DNA of 64,000 nucleotides from Octopus vulgaris. Lineage: Eukaryota. A program made the position numbers and the translations under genes. The stretch covers positions 17,608,001 to 17,672,000 of the forward strand of contig OX597818.1 in assembly GCA_951406725.2 (NCBI GenBank), in the 5' to 3' direction. Shown here one piece after another: positions 39,206-52,073 of this stretch. The notes under the pieces were generated by a model, which searched no databases, was not told where the DNA came from, and saw only the letters and a program-made list of their open reading frames with translations. Position 1 is the first letter of the stretch; each line of letters starts with the position of its first letter.

Positions 39206-39403
39206 GAGAAAGAGATATACATTTTCTAGTAAATTATGCAAATTGACCGCACTTAGGGCATCATCGGTGAGCAACTCTCCATTCACTTTATACTCTAAAT
39301 TTCACATTTGTCACCCTTATTAACCCGTTTAGAACAGTTAGATTTTGCTATAACGCACATTTTTCATATTTTCAACCTGAATATTTTCGTAACTAGGTGG
39401 ACA

Positions 39404-39645
39404 CTACATTATTTACATTATTTACATTTGACGGATATTTGTCCTCATCTTGTTTGTCGTTAACACAACTTTCCAGCTGATATACCCTCCAGCCTTCATT
39501 AGGTGTACTGGGGAAATTTCGAATCTGGATTCCCATTCCTAAGGTATTTTTCGATGTTGTATTAACAACAAACAAGATGAGGACAAATATCCGTCAAATG
39601 TAAATAATGTACATAATTCATCATCTCTTAAATAAGGAACTGTAT
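39404..39645. mobile_element. Fold-back PLE-like insert with 10-bp target-site duplication and decayed hammerhead
   Basis: TAGGTGGACA direct repeats at 39394-39403 and 39646-39655; inverted arms ~39414-39469 and ~39556-39611. The - strand 39463-39506 reads acac-CUAAUGA-aggcug...cagcu-GGAAA-GUU-gugu. Confidence 0.7.
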
Positions 39646-41496
39646 TAGGTGGACATTAGTTTGATGGTTGAGCTCTGATTGGCTGTATGCAAATGAGTTC
39701 ATAACTGGGGTCCGGAACTCTCCTGGGAAAAAAATTTCGCGGCCCGATTGTAACTGAATGAAACGAAACAGTTACAGGTTGTCGCAAACGGTAGTAGAGA
39801 GCTACCAAGAAAGAAGTGAAATTTTCAGAGTTGAACTGGATGAAAATATACACGAGAAAAATCAAGAAAAATATTTACTAGTCTTACGTTTCTAATAGGA
39901 AAGAGGGTTGTGGATGGTGAAAAAGGGTACCAACAAACTGCTATGTTAAATAAAATTATAAATTAAGATGATGTCAAACTTCTAAATTTTTAAGAAATAA
40001 GAATTATATGGAAGCAAACTCTATTTTGTCTTCTCATTAATAAGCGGGAGGCGAAAAATTCTCGAGAATATTTTCTTATCGTGTGTGTTGTTCTGGTATT
40101 TATTAGTGTGAGAACCAGTACACTAGAGCAGGCCTGCCAATAATGTTCTAATATATCTGAGATCAGGGCTGTACCAGTGCCTTTGGCTTACAATCTTATG
40201 AAAGAGCAAAACACCGTTGAAGTTTATTCATAATATTTGAAAAATATTTTTTGCTGTTCAAGGCAAAGTTGTTACGGATAGCGAGAGAGGGAGAGAGAGA
40301 GAGAGAAGGAGGTGGGGAGAGGTCCTTTCATTCTTTTAATAGGTTCAGTCACTAGAGTAGATATCAGAAGGCAAACGTTCACGTTACGTGTTCTGATAGA
40401 AATATTCTGCTAATTGTACCAGAATTGTGCTAAGTCTATTTTTTGAAGACGATACTCGCATATTCGTTCTTAATTCGTTCCAGTTGTTCAAACGTGATTT
40501 TGCTAATCGTTATCGCACACATATTCAGACGAATCTGTGTTCGTAACACACTCGATTCATTAGCGTAAGGAGATTGTGGGACACACGGTGTTTCGGCATA
40601 GTTTTGCCTGTTCAGTCAAAACTATCACGGATTTATAAATCTAACAAGAGTTTGTGGCTCTTGTTCATAATTATAGCAAACAAATTATTTGCTGATGCAT
40701 ACTGATATCTGCCAACCGATAATAAATTACCATATGCACGAGAATCTATTCTTTTTACTATTTCAGATTTTTTTTCCTGTTTTCACATACAAGAATCCCA
40801 AACTCTTTGTTTTAATGATTTGAGAAATAATGCAAAGACTTTTTAACAACAAAGACATTGAGCTGTGGCCATGGTGGGAACTATCTTGAATGTAACCAAA
40901 TATTCATTTCAGTCTTGTATGTATTTTATCAATCTCTCTTTACTGAGCGGCTAGTTAGCCATTTGACAAAAAGTGTCAAAACTCGATACTCTATTTATCT
41001 TTATGTACACAAATATAGACACACAACCACACATATACACAATCCTTTGTCTTATTCTTATTACCCTTGAGATGTCCAATACCTCCCAGGCCTCTCACTA
41101 ATCACTACGCTCAGTCTTTCCTTTCCTCTAGAATTAGCCCACCCCTACTTTTATATGTTGATTTACAAAGATTCAAGGAAAAACATTAATGACACCAATC
41201 AAGGAGGGCGTGGAAAGGTCATGGACACTGCCACCTCCTCCAGACTCAGCATGTAAAATACTACTACTACTACTACTACTATTAATAATAATAATAATAA
41301 TAATAATAGTAATCCTTTCGACTATAGGCAAAAGCCTGAAATTCTTGGGGATGGACTAGTCGATTGCATCAACCCAGTACTCAACTGGTACTTATTTCAT
41401 CGACCCCGAAAGAATGAAAGTTAAAGTCGACCTCGGCAGAATTTGAACTCAAAACATAAAGACAGGCGAAATACCGCTAAATATTTTATGCCTGCG

Positions 41497-41553
<57 letters not shown>

Positions 41554-42159
41554 GTATGTATGTATGTATGTATATGAATAAGAAAGGAATAGAATGACTT
41601 GACTTGGTAGCATGTGCCATGCTAGTGCTAACTATTTTTGGGACTCGTGACTTGCAAGCACACAACGACACAGATGCGTTTGGCCCAGTGGAACATTCAG
41701 CTGGAAGATGAGCAGCTTCCCAAGCTCCGGTACAGGGACTTTTTATCGACGCTGAAAGAATGAAAAAAGTCAAGTTGACTGAGATGGGATTTGAAGTCGA
41801 AGTGCGGAGAGCAAGAACAAATATCGCAACTGACTGCATTATGTATATATGTATGTATTTACGTATACATATATCCGTGTATGTGTATGTGCGTTTGTAT
41901 GTGTGTATGTATGTATGTATGTATGTATGTATGTATGTATGTATGTATGTATGTATGTATGTATGTATGTATGTATGTATGTATGTATATGTGTGTGTTG
42001 CCTAATATTGTATTTTCCTCACCGCATAATTATTTCTAGTACAAGTACAGCATCGATTTCCCGGAACCTTTGGTTCCAAAGTCATTCCAGATTACTAATC
42101 TTTTCGAACCAAGGCTGGTTACACTCTAAATTAAGCAAATACTAAATTTACTGAAATAC

Positions 42160-43055
42160 TGTGTTGAGTCAAAAGTTTTGCGATATTTTAGTATCTTATT
42201 TGCTTTATTCTCCAATTCACAACAAAATCAGCCTAGCATTCAAAGTGTTGCACTGTCTGAAGCCATTTTTCTGCCAATTCTTTGGCCCCCATGTTGATAC
42301 TAGTTCCTGTCTTAAAGGCGAAGACCTCTTTCACAGAAGCTTCCACTTCCTCGTGGTTGATGAAGCGTCACGAGTGTAAGAAGTGGACCATGGATTGGAA
42401 CGAGTAATAATCCAAGGGAACTAGATCCGGACTATGTGCTGAGTGTGGCATCAGTTCGATTCCCTCAAGTTCCTGGGGTTTGTTGCGAATCATTCGGGCG
42501 GTATGAGGTCTTACGTTGTCTTGCTGTAGAAGAGTTCAACTTTTGTTAAACCATGCTGGGCATTTTTGCCACACGATGGCATACATCTGTGAGATGCCAA
42601 GCTCACCTGATACTCTCCGAGAGCTACTCATCGGATTTGCCACTTTGGCTTGGAGCACGGCTTCGAAATCTACGATTTTAGGCCTATCTTATATTGTCTG
42701 ATCATCGAGGCTTTCGCAACCCGGTCGAAATTTCTTGAATTATATGGTTATTGTACTGTGATCAACTACGCCTTCACCTTTCGTTGAACAAATGCTTTTG
42801 GTTACTTCTGCGGCGTTATGACCCAGTCTGAACTCGTAAAGCATAAGTTTCCGAATTTGACTACGTTGCATGTTCATCAGGGCGTCTTTCGAATCACATA
42901 CAGAGTGAAACAATGCACGTGTCAGCGCACCAACTACCACGATACTACCAACCTTAGCGGCTACTTTTCACGGCTTTAACTACTTCGGTCACATGATATA
43001 CACGCCGCAAATTAGAACGTATGCAAATATTGCAAAACCTTTGACTCGCCTCAAT
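42160..43055 (-). mobile_element. Internally deleted mariner element
   Basis: Imperfect TIRs (gagtcaaaagttttgcgatattt / aaatattgcaaaacctttgactc); IRKLMLYEFRLGHNAAE N-terminus; LLQQDNVRPH near 42510. Confidence 0.8.
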
Positions 43056-43292
43056 AATTAAATAAAATTCAGGCACTTGTACACTAGTATAAATGCTACA
43101 AATTTTATTAGAAGATACTAACACGTCTGTGAAAGATACCAGTAAATAAGTCTGGCTTCCACAGAAATTTGAGGTTCCTGATCGTAAATTAGTGCGGAAT
43201 ATAAGAACCATTAGTGTCTGGAAAATCGCTGTTGTATCTGTCCTCCTTTGCATCAAATACGTTAACGTGATTATAACTGAAAGTTGTCTTAC

Positions 43293-43352
43293 CAAGGCAT
43301 GTACGTGTTGACAACCTTTACAGCAAGAGAAAATATCTTTTTGTATATCATC
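43293..43352 (-). CDS. OGFr-domain gene, putative second coding exon
   Basis: Acceptor ttttatattacag, donor gtaaga, 60 nt, phase 0/0, open: DDIQKDIFSCCKGCQHVHAL. No homology support. Confidence 0.6.
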
Positions 43353-43707
43353 CTGTAATATAAAATAAAGACAAATGAAGAAACAAAGCTTTGGAATCAG
43401 TGAAATGTATGTGATGCTATCTCGGAACTAACAGTGAAGTTTGATAGTGTCGTTGGCCTATCTGTAAAATAGCCCATACCCGGACTATGAAAGTATAGCT
43501 GATTTACCAATATAGTGTGATGATAGCATTGATTTATAAATCGAGTATGATGCCATTTGTGATAGCATGGTTGACTTATTAATGAAATATAATGACATAT
43601 TTGAGCTATGAATTAATTGTGAGTATATAGTTAACTTTCCAGTGAAGTGTAATAATAGGACGGCGAATTGACCGAAGCTCTAGTGCGTCGATTACATTGC
43701 TTTAGAG

Positions 43708-44645
43708 CAGTGACTCTTTACCATTTTTTTATCATTGGGCCCCTTTGAATCCTACTTTACTCTGGTGGACCCCCATAGCCTCTCCGTGTTTAAAAACTAG
43801 TTTTATGGATACTTCTTTTAAAATTCCTATCTTGTTTTTCAAACAGTAACTAGTGAAGGTTGAACTATGTAAAACATTAGAGAAAGAAACCTAGCTGTTT
43901 CTTCCAATTAATATTGGGTTGTCCGGAAAGTTCGTGCCGATTTATAGTAGCTTACCTTTCGACTTATTTTAGAACATGTTTGGGTCAACAAAATAGGATT
44001 TGACTACACCTCCATTTAGAGCACAGTTTAAGCTATCTTTCGTGGAAGAAGGTTTATGTTCCTATAACCTGTGTTAATTCTGTAACTCTTTAAAATGGAA
44101 GATAAGAAAGTTCATTTTCGGCACTTGATGCTTTTCTTTTTCCGTAAAGGGAAAAATGCCTCACAAGCAACCAAAGGAATATGCACAGTTTACAGTGATG
44201 TTTCTTTATCCGAAAGAACTGTATGGAAGTGGTTCGCAAGGTTCCGAGCTGGAGATTGTAGCCTTATTGATAAAGAGCGATCAAGCAGACTATCCACTAC
44301 AGATGATGACCAAATCAAGTCATTAATTGAGAATAACCCACGTTGCACAACCTGAGAATTGGCAGAAAGCCTCAACCTATCAAAATTCGTCGTTCGTGAG
44401 TACCTGGTAAAGCTTGGGTAATGGCAAATATTTATTGACCTTTTCCTTCCCTTTAAAAATCGGCACGAACTTTCCGGACAACCCAATACATCTAAAACAA
44501 AATTTTTTCGTGGACCTTTAAAATACTACTGTGTGTCCCAACTTACTAATTTGCTTCTGTGCCCCCCCCCCAACCACCACCACCACCCAAAAAATATCTT
44601 ATATGGGCCCTTAATGGTCATATGAACCTCAGTTGAGAATCACCA
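43708..44645 (+). mobile_element. hAT-like MITE hosting the mariner; related copies at ~2770-3103 and ~53739-54016
   Basis: Shared internal sequence and an end resembling gttgagaaccactg; the 2770-3103 copy lacks the mariner. Confidence 0.7.
43914..44486 (+). mobile_element. Mariner deletion derivative nested in a hAT-like MITE
   Basis: Perfect TIRs TTGGGTTGTCCGGAAAGTTCGTGCCGATTT with TA duplication; ORF 44095-44355 is a mariner HTH (HFRHLMLFFFRKGKNA...WFARFRAGD); no catalytic domain. Confidence 0.93.
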
Positions 44646-46148
44646 CCTTGCAGTATTCGTTCTTGCACTCCGAGTTCAAATACCACTGAGGACAACTATG
44701 TTTTTCATCCTTTCAGGATCGATAAATGATGTACTGTATTTGCCGATGCATTCTCGCACAAGACGTACCCCTAAGATACAAGTATATGTTGTGGTAAAAA
44801 CAAATTTAATATGTTTCACCATTCACTATCCCGTCCATAATACGGACGCATTAGACGCATGGTAAATTTTTTATGTAAAATTACTTTTCCTATAATTCAA
44901 CGTAATATCAAACATTACTACACACACACACACACACATTCCATAAATTAATTTATAAGATCTATTTTATAAATGACACATGGTATTAGATTTCTCCATA
45001 TAACATAACAAGCGCATCTTATACGCCGCCAAATATAGTACCAGTCTTATTGTGGGGATCGTTTCTTGTCTGTTCTCTATCTCTCATTGACTGGTCTGAG
45101 TCCTTAAATGAGATGGGCTGTGACTATATCTAAAAATAGCCAAGACAAGCCTGGTGTCATGACAACATCCCAACCACTCCACCAGATGTTAAAGGCCCCA
45201 TGACAAGGCAAGATGAGAACAACCCGCATAACTTTTCTGCAGAAATGTACCGTTTTGTATCTATCCATTATACGTATGCACAGATATAATATCATGATAT
45301 CTCGGTATTGATATGTGGACTATACGCTGCCAAATAAATCAGATAGATTGAACCCTTCATGAACCTATTTCTAGGTGCTAGATGGACGGAACTATTGAGT
45401 ATAGCTTCTTTTTTTTCCTTATTTCAATCATTAGACTGCGGCCATGCTGGGGCACCGCCTTCAAGAATTTTATTCCAACAAATTGACCCCAGTACCTTTT
45501 GTTTTTTAAGCCTAGTACTTATTCTATCTGTCTCTGCGAAACCACTAAGTTACGGGGACGTAAACACATAAACACCGAACAATTCTGCAGGTCCACATAT
45601 TGCCCTAGACTGCAAATCTATTCATTGAATGAGGAATGCTGAAAGGTAAAGTTGATCTTGGTGGGATTTAAGATGAAATAAATCACTTTTAGAAAGCCTA
45701 TCGATCTCAGAGAAATTATAGACAAAGTCGAAACCAGAGTAACATTAGTTTCAAATTTCGGCAGAAGGCCAACAAGTTGGGGGCACGGGGGTAAGTCGAC
45801 TCCAATGCTCAACTGGTACTTATTTTATCGACTCCATAAGGATGAAAGGCAAAGTCCACCTCGGCTGTATTTGAACTCTGAACGTAAAGATGGATGAAAT
45901 GCCGCTAAGCATTTGACCCGGGGTGCTAACGATTCTGTTAGCTCGCCGTCTTACAAACCTGAGAAATATTAACTATGAGTGTACAGAAATGGAACTGAAT
46001 GCTAAAAGATGTTTATCTTCCAGCACTCTATCATTTCTGCCACTCTATTATCTTTACACCTGTCATTTTTCTATATGTTATATTAAACATTTAAAAATTT
46101 TTTGTGACTGGGCATTTTTCATATTACAAACAGAAACTTAACACTCAC

Positions 46149-46214
46149 ATTAAACAAATATTTGTATACTAATCCAACTAGCAGAAATATCAAGAATAAT
46201 AAAACTGCGATCAT
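46149..46214 (-). CDS. OGFr-domain gene, putative first coding exon (hydrophobic signal/anchor)
   Basis: ATG at 46214 with an in-frame TGA four codons upstream; MIAVLLFLIFLLVGLVYKYLFN ends at a consensus donor gtgagt, phase 0. Linkage to the downstream exons rests on phase and position only. Confidence 0.6.
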
Positions 46215-46253
46215 TTCGAAAATTCAGAAGTCATGTATCAGAACTTGTAAAGC

Positions 46254-46287
<34 letters not shown>

Positions 46288-47543
46288 TTGTGTATATGTG
46301 TGTGTGTGTCGTGTATGTTATCAGTGTGAGGATGCGTGTGATGTGCTTCTGACACACTGTGGTATTGAAGATCACTCTTAGAGGTTCAACTAAGAAATGC
46401 CGTTGACAGAACTTTAAAGGATCGCTGCTTGCATATTGTCCGAAAGAAAAGCCTGCGTGCTGAATGTCTATGGAATAAATTCGCGGTAAAACCAAAAACA
46501 CGATTTTCCTTTTATCTTGGAAATCCTTTAGGAAATGGGAATCCTACTGTAGTGTTGAAATCTCAATTATACAGTCGAAAATGGCAGCAAAGAAAATTTG
46601 TAAATAATATTTCCAATCAGTCAGCATTGGCAGCAACAGCAATAGCAGCAGAAAACGAAGGTAGCATCTCCTTTGATTTTTAGTTCTGCCGTGGAGTCTT
46701 AGAAAGCGAAAAATATCAGTCCAATGGCTTAGGGAAAAAATGTGACATCTAGACTTTAAACTAGCTTTGGAAAGTTAATCATTGCCATTCCTCTAACTTC
46801 GAACTACGAAGTCTAGAATTATAACTTTTTTTTAACACTTCTTTTCCATTTATCGTTTGAACACAGCGTTGTTACCTTAGTTACGTCAGTTCTTCCTACA
46901 AAGGAAGCTTTTGTCTTCTTCATCATTCACATGTTTGCCAGTTTGACAATATTATATTCTATTACTAGTGTAACCGTACTCAAGACATTTAATTACCAAA
47001 ATCTCGAAGACAGAACCATGGTTGACGCTAAACATTTTCCACACCTCGTTATCCGTATATATGAGAGATATGTGTGCGAGTGTGTGCGTGTGCGTGTGAG
47101 TATGTGATTGAGTGTGTGTGTATGTATTTGTGCGTGTGCGCACATGCATACGTTTATAAATAGCATGTGGTCAAGTATTTTTGAATGTTGACCTTATGTT
47201 CTGCAGGTCGTGGGTTCAATTTTCTGAACAGAGTATGAACCGTTGCGTTATGTTCTTAAACAACGCACTTCATTTCACGATACTTTAATCTATGCAATTG
47301 AAAGTCAATACCTGCGACAAATGGTAGGAGTGGCAGACTGGAGTCCAATCTGCCACTGTCCAGACTGGAGTCCAGTCTGGAGTCCATAGAATACAAGGAG
47401 AGTCTTGTACTCTATGACACTTAAACACTATGGAAACTGAGATCAGGTCCGGCCTAATGAGTTTTTAGGCTCGAAATATACATTTTTTTAAACTCTATAT
47501 CGTAATCATTGTTCTGACCGCTCCCTATAGAGCAACGGATAAG

Positions 47544-47927
47544 GAGAGACCTCGGCACTACTTAAATACAGAGGTCCCGATGCATTTACGTAACGGTATG
47601 TTTTTACAGTGCGCACTCATTAGGGAGTTAGGGTTAGTTTTAGGATTAGTTTGGGTTAGAGATAGGGTTAGTTAAGGTTAGTGTTAGTTTTAGGGTTAGT
47701 TAGGGTTAGGGTTAATTTTAGGATTATATAGGGTTAGAGTTAGGGTAAGTTAAGGTTAGTGTTAGTTTTAGGGTTAGTTAGGGTTAGGGTTAGAGTTAGG
47801 GTTAGGGTTAGTTTTAGGGTTAGTTAGGGTTAGGGTTAGGGTTAGTTTTAGGATTAGTTTTTAGGGTTGGGGTTAGGGTCACGTAGATGCGTCGGGACCT
47901 CTGTATTTAAATAGTACTGAGATCCCC
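47544..47927. mobile_element. Inverted-repeat element enclosing a degenerate (TTAGGG)n array
   Basis: ~50-bp imperfect inverted repeats (47544-47594, 47878-47927) around a ~260-bp telomere-like tract. Confidence 0.75.
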
Positions 47928-48704
47928 ATCTAACACAGTGGTAAGCCGTTATGAGCCTGCTCCCAGGTCCAAATCTTGATTAAATGTATTCGTCTATGAA
48001 TTGATGTATCTCTGCTTATTTATTTCTTACACCTGCCTGCTTTTTTTCTTCTTTTTCATTTGCCTATTTCCAACTATTAGTCCAGTTTTTTTTTTCTATA
48101 CTTCTCTGCCTGTACTGCCGCATTAAAATTGATTTAATCTCTGCTTGTATCTTTCAATGTATCCTGCTCTGGTATGTGTTGCACACCTACAAGGTTATTA
48201 TCCCATTTGTACATCTGTGTGAAACTCTGTGTGTACTGCCATGAAATGTTACAGTGCTTTTCAAAGTGTAATATTTTGCATTAAAATTCATTTAATGTCT
48301 GCCTGTATTTTTTCAATGTATCCTTATTTTGGTGTCTGTTCTCTAAATGATTTCGTTACATGTATTCATACTGTATTTAAACTTTTTTATTTCCGATTGG
48401 TTTGCTAAGGGAACGAGCCCAAGATAACGTAGCTGTACACATGTAGATGCACACACACACACCTGCACATACATACATACATACATACATACATACATAC
48501 ATACATACATACATACATACATACATACATACATACGTACGTACGTACGTACATACATACATACATACATACATACATACATACATACATACATACATAC
48601 ATACCTGTGTGTGTAATACATATGTATATATATAATATATTGTGCCATGATAGATCGTTAGCTCCTACACGCATTTTTTTCTCTCCTTGTTTTTTTTCTG
48701 TGTA

Positions 48705-48742
48705 TCTTTCTGTCGAAGAGCTTAGGCTCGAAACGTAAAAGA
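48705..48742 (+). ncRNA. Minimal hammerhead-like motif (core variant)
   Basis: ucuuu-CUGUCGA-A-GAGC-uuag-GCUC-GAAA-CGUA-aaaga: stems I and II pair, with one deviation (A to U) in CUGANGA. The insert ends at (TA)n. Confidence 0.65.
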
Positions 48743-49379
48743 CTTTTTCTATTTCTATTCCTCAGCGCTATACTAATACATTTGTTTGTTTGTAATCCAC
48801 CTGCCTTTGTCTTTTGTTTGTTTTCGTAAACCTTCCCGTTATATATATATATATATATATATATGTTGTATGTATACATGTATACATGGAGATGCATACC
48901 TACATGTTCATATATATATGTTGTACGTATATATTTATATATGTATATAGAGATATACATACAAGCATGCATACCTACATGCATACATACATGCATGCAT
49001 GCATGCATACATACATACATACATACATACATACATACATACATACATACATACATACATACAAAATACATACATACAAACAAAATACACATATGTGTAC
49101 ATACGCGTACACATCTGTGCATTTGCATTATGCATTTTGTTCGTGTTTGGGTGTGTACAAATGATTGTGTAACTTCATGTATCTTACACATATTTTGACG
49201 TCAAGTTTGATTTATTGGAATGTAAAATTATGGGATCGTTCAATGATAAGTTTGTGTATATCATATAATATCCTGAGTATGTGTAACACTCGTATATTTG
49301 TGTGCTGGAGGAGCTCAACACGAGGGCATGCGTCTTCTGTTAATAAAGTTCATATGCTGTATATAGTTAATGTTCAGAG

Positions 49380-49900
49380 AAGAAAACCTATCCAGGTTGG
49401 AGGAGTAGCAAAGTAAGTGAGAGTCCTCTTTGAAATTTCGGAGTGTAATATGTTGCTTATGCATGCAAGGAGAGAAGGAAAGAAGGTAACATCCCTAGTA
49501 TTTAAAATATTAACTTTTGATTGGATGATGTTTAGTTTTTCAGTGTTGCAAAGCTTACATCTTTTACCCTGTCCCCTGTATTTATTGGCTTTAGTGATAA
49601 TGATCCGAGTTATAGGGGAGTTGCTACACCCGTTTCTTTCAGTATCCATACCATATTGGATATATATATCGTGTGCTTTTTAGTTTTGTCTCTAAATGAC
49701 GCCAAATGCAGTGTATATCTTTCTTTGAAGGAGTTCCATGTCGGTCCGATATATGTATTTGTTTCTCCATTAAAATCCGTGATATTGGCCTTGTATAGAT
49801 GTGCTTTTTCTTGGCACATCTTATTCAAGGGACAACTGTCCGGGAAAATACAATTACATTGTCTTTTGAAAATATTCCTAGCATTGTTATTGTGGTTGAG
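49380..49900 (-). mobile_element. Penelope-like element GIY-YIG endonuclease fragment
   Basis: CNC...CPLNKMC, LYKA...TYIG.T..SFKERY..H..SF and CKLCNTEK motifs across frameshifted ORFs 49610-49828 and 49374-49649. Confidence 0.82.
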
Positions 49901-50724
49901 TATAATTGGGGCAACAACTATAGCTGACTCTAACCGTATTTCTATTGAAGATATTTTGGTATTTGTGTGAGTGTGGGGAGTGGTTATCTATTATTTTTAG
50001 GAATTTTCTAGCTATGTTAGTGGCTACATTCGTGCCATTCGGGGGGAATCTACATGTTGAGTGGTAGAAATCTATCTTCTGATCGAATTAAGTAAACTAT
50101 TTTCATTGGTTTTCTTTAATTGTTGATGCTATCTCTCACGGATACGGTCTGTTACATCGTCTTTCGGTGATATGGCAGGATTTACATCGTCTTTCGGTGA
50201 TATGGCAGGATTTGCTCAGAGTCGGACAAGACAGATAGCCCAAGGCATTTCCCGTTCGCCAATCTACAACCAAGGGTTGCTAGTTTTTCTATCGATCTCA
50301 AAAGAATGAAAGGCAAAGTTGACTCTAGCAGGGTTTGATCCCAGAGTGCAGAGAATCGGAAACTAATACTACGAGGCATTTTATTCATACTCTAATGACT
50401 CTTCCAGTTCGCCCTCTTGACCTCTAGATAAATATAGCAGATATGGTGGGTAAGCCATGTGTTCACCTTTTCAGCAAGACACCTGCTCCTCTCTCTCTCT
50501 ATCATACTTTCTTATTCCTCCAGTCTATATCCCACTCTTATCTTACAGGTACATGGCGACATCACTAGTGTTGGTGCCATGTAAAAACAATATACTCTGT
50601 TCATTGGCTGGTATTAAGAAGGCCATCCAGTAGTAGAAACCATGCCAAAGCAGACATAGAACCTGGCTCGTCTCTTCTAGCCAAACAGTCCAGCTCATGC
50701 CAGCATGGTTAAAGGGACGTTAAT

Positions 50725-50760
<36 letters not shown>

Positions 50761-51945
50761 GAAATCAAAATGTTAGAAGCATTGCGTTTAGAACACAAAT
50801 GAGTGGATGTTAGCATATAATGGAAATGTTCTAACTACTAAAAACAACAACAAGGTAATCAGTTTTATGGTTTATATTTCACACTTTCGCTTGAGCTCAT
50901 CATAAATGTGGTCGTTGCCGTCTTATAAATGAGAGATCATCATTCACTGCAAAGTAAAATATAAAATATAGTGTTACATAGTGGTAAGTACTGTAGAGTA
51001 AACAAGATGAACTTCAAATTAATAGTTTCTACAACCTGGTTTCGATTCCTCGGTAGTAAGCTATTTCGTTTCGCTTACATCCCTAATGTAATAAAGAAGC
51101 GAATAAATGTCACACAATTATATATTTTCTATAAATCTGCATGTGTGCTGTTGTTTGTTCCTTCTCGAGCCATTCTTGGCTCATAAGGGCCAGTTTCCCG
51201 GTTTCATTGGTGTAAAGGTTCCCACCTGGACGGGACGCCGGTCCGTCGCAGGTGAGCTGCTAGATGCAGGAGGAATGAGTGAGAGAAGGTTGTGGCGAAA
51301 GAGTCAGCAAAAGTTCGCCATTACCTTCTGCCGGAGCCGCGTGGAGCTTAGGTGTTTCGTTCATAAATACACGCATCACCCGGTCTGAAATTTGAACACG
51401 CAATCCCTTGACCACAAACCAGCATTTATAGAATCAATATTGTAGAGTTGCTATTGTCGCACATATAATGTACGTATGCACGAAGGCATGTACGTATGTA
51501 TGTATGTATGTATGTAGTATGTATGTATGTATGTATGTATGTATGTATGTATGTATGTATGTATGTATGTATGTATGTATGTACTTCTGTCTGTCTGTAT
51601 GTATGTGTATGTATGTATCTGTGTATATATGTGTGTGTGTGTATGCTATGAGTGTATATGCGTGTGTGTGAAAAAATAAAAGGAGAAAATGTTTTGAGAA
51701 CTTTATCCTGAATAAACGTAAGAAAATATTTACATCTTTAACAAAACATGCTACGGGTTTCAATTGTTTAATCGAATTTAGTCATGCTATAAGAGAAGGA
51801 AAAATAAATTGAAGAAAATTTAATAAATCATTCATGGTATCAGTTTTGTAACCTCATGTGTTTTTTACGAAATGCACACGGTAGTAGATGCTGATTTTCT
51901 GATGGCTGCTGGCTAATAATAACAACAGTAACAGCTTTAAGACCA

Positions 51946-52073
51946 TAGAAGGACAAAAATTAATTTCAGAGAATAACTATGTTATGATTGATAAGAATTT
52001 TCATTGACAAAAATCTGGGACAGCGATGAGGATGAAAACAGACCCCTCATTTGCAAATTTAATTATGAGATAT
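51946..52073 (+). mobile_element. Penelope-like RT motif-B' fragment
   Basis: IEGQKLISENNYVMIDKNFH*QKSGTAMRMKTDPSFANLIMRY resembles PLE NNYF...Q..GTAMG...AP.YANL.M; one in-frame stop. Confidence 0.7.

Noticed and set aside
47620-47878. Chromosome end or fusion site
   Set aside because: Short, degenerate, single-orientation array bounded by inverted repeats.
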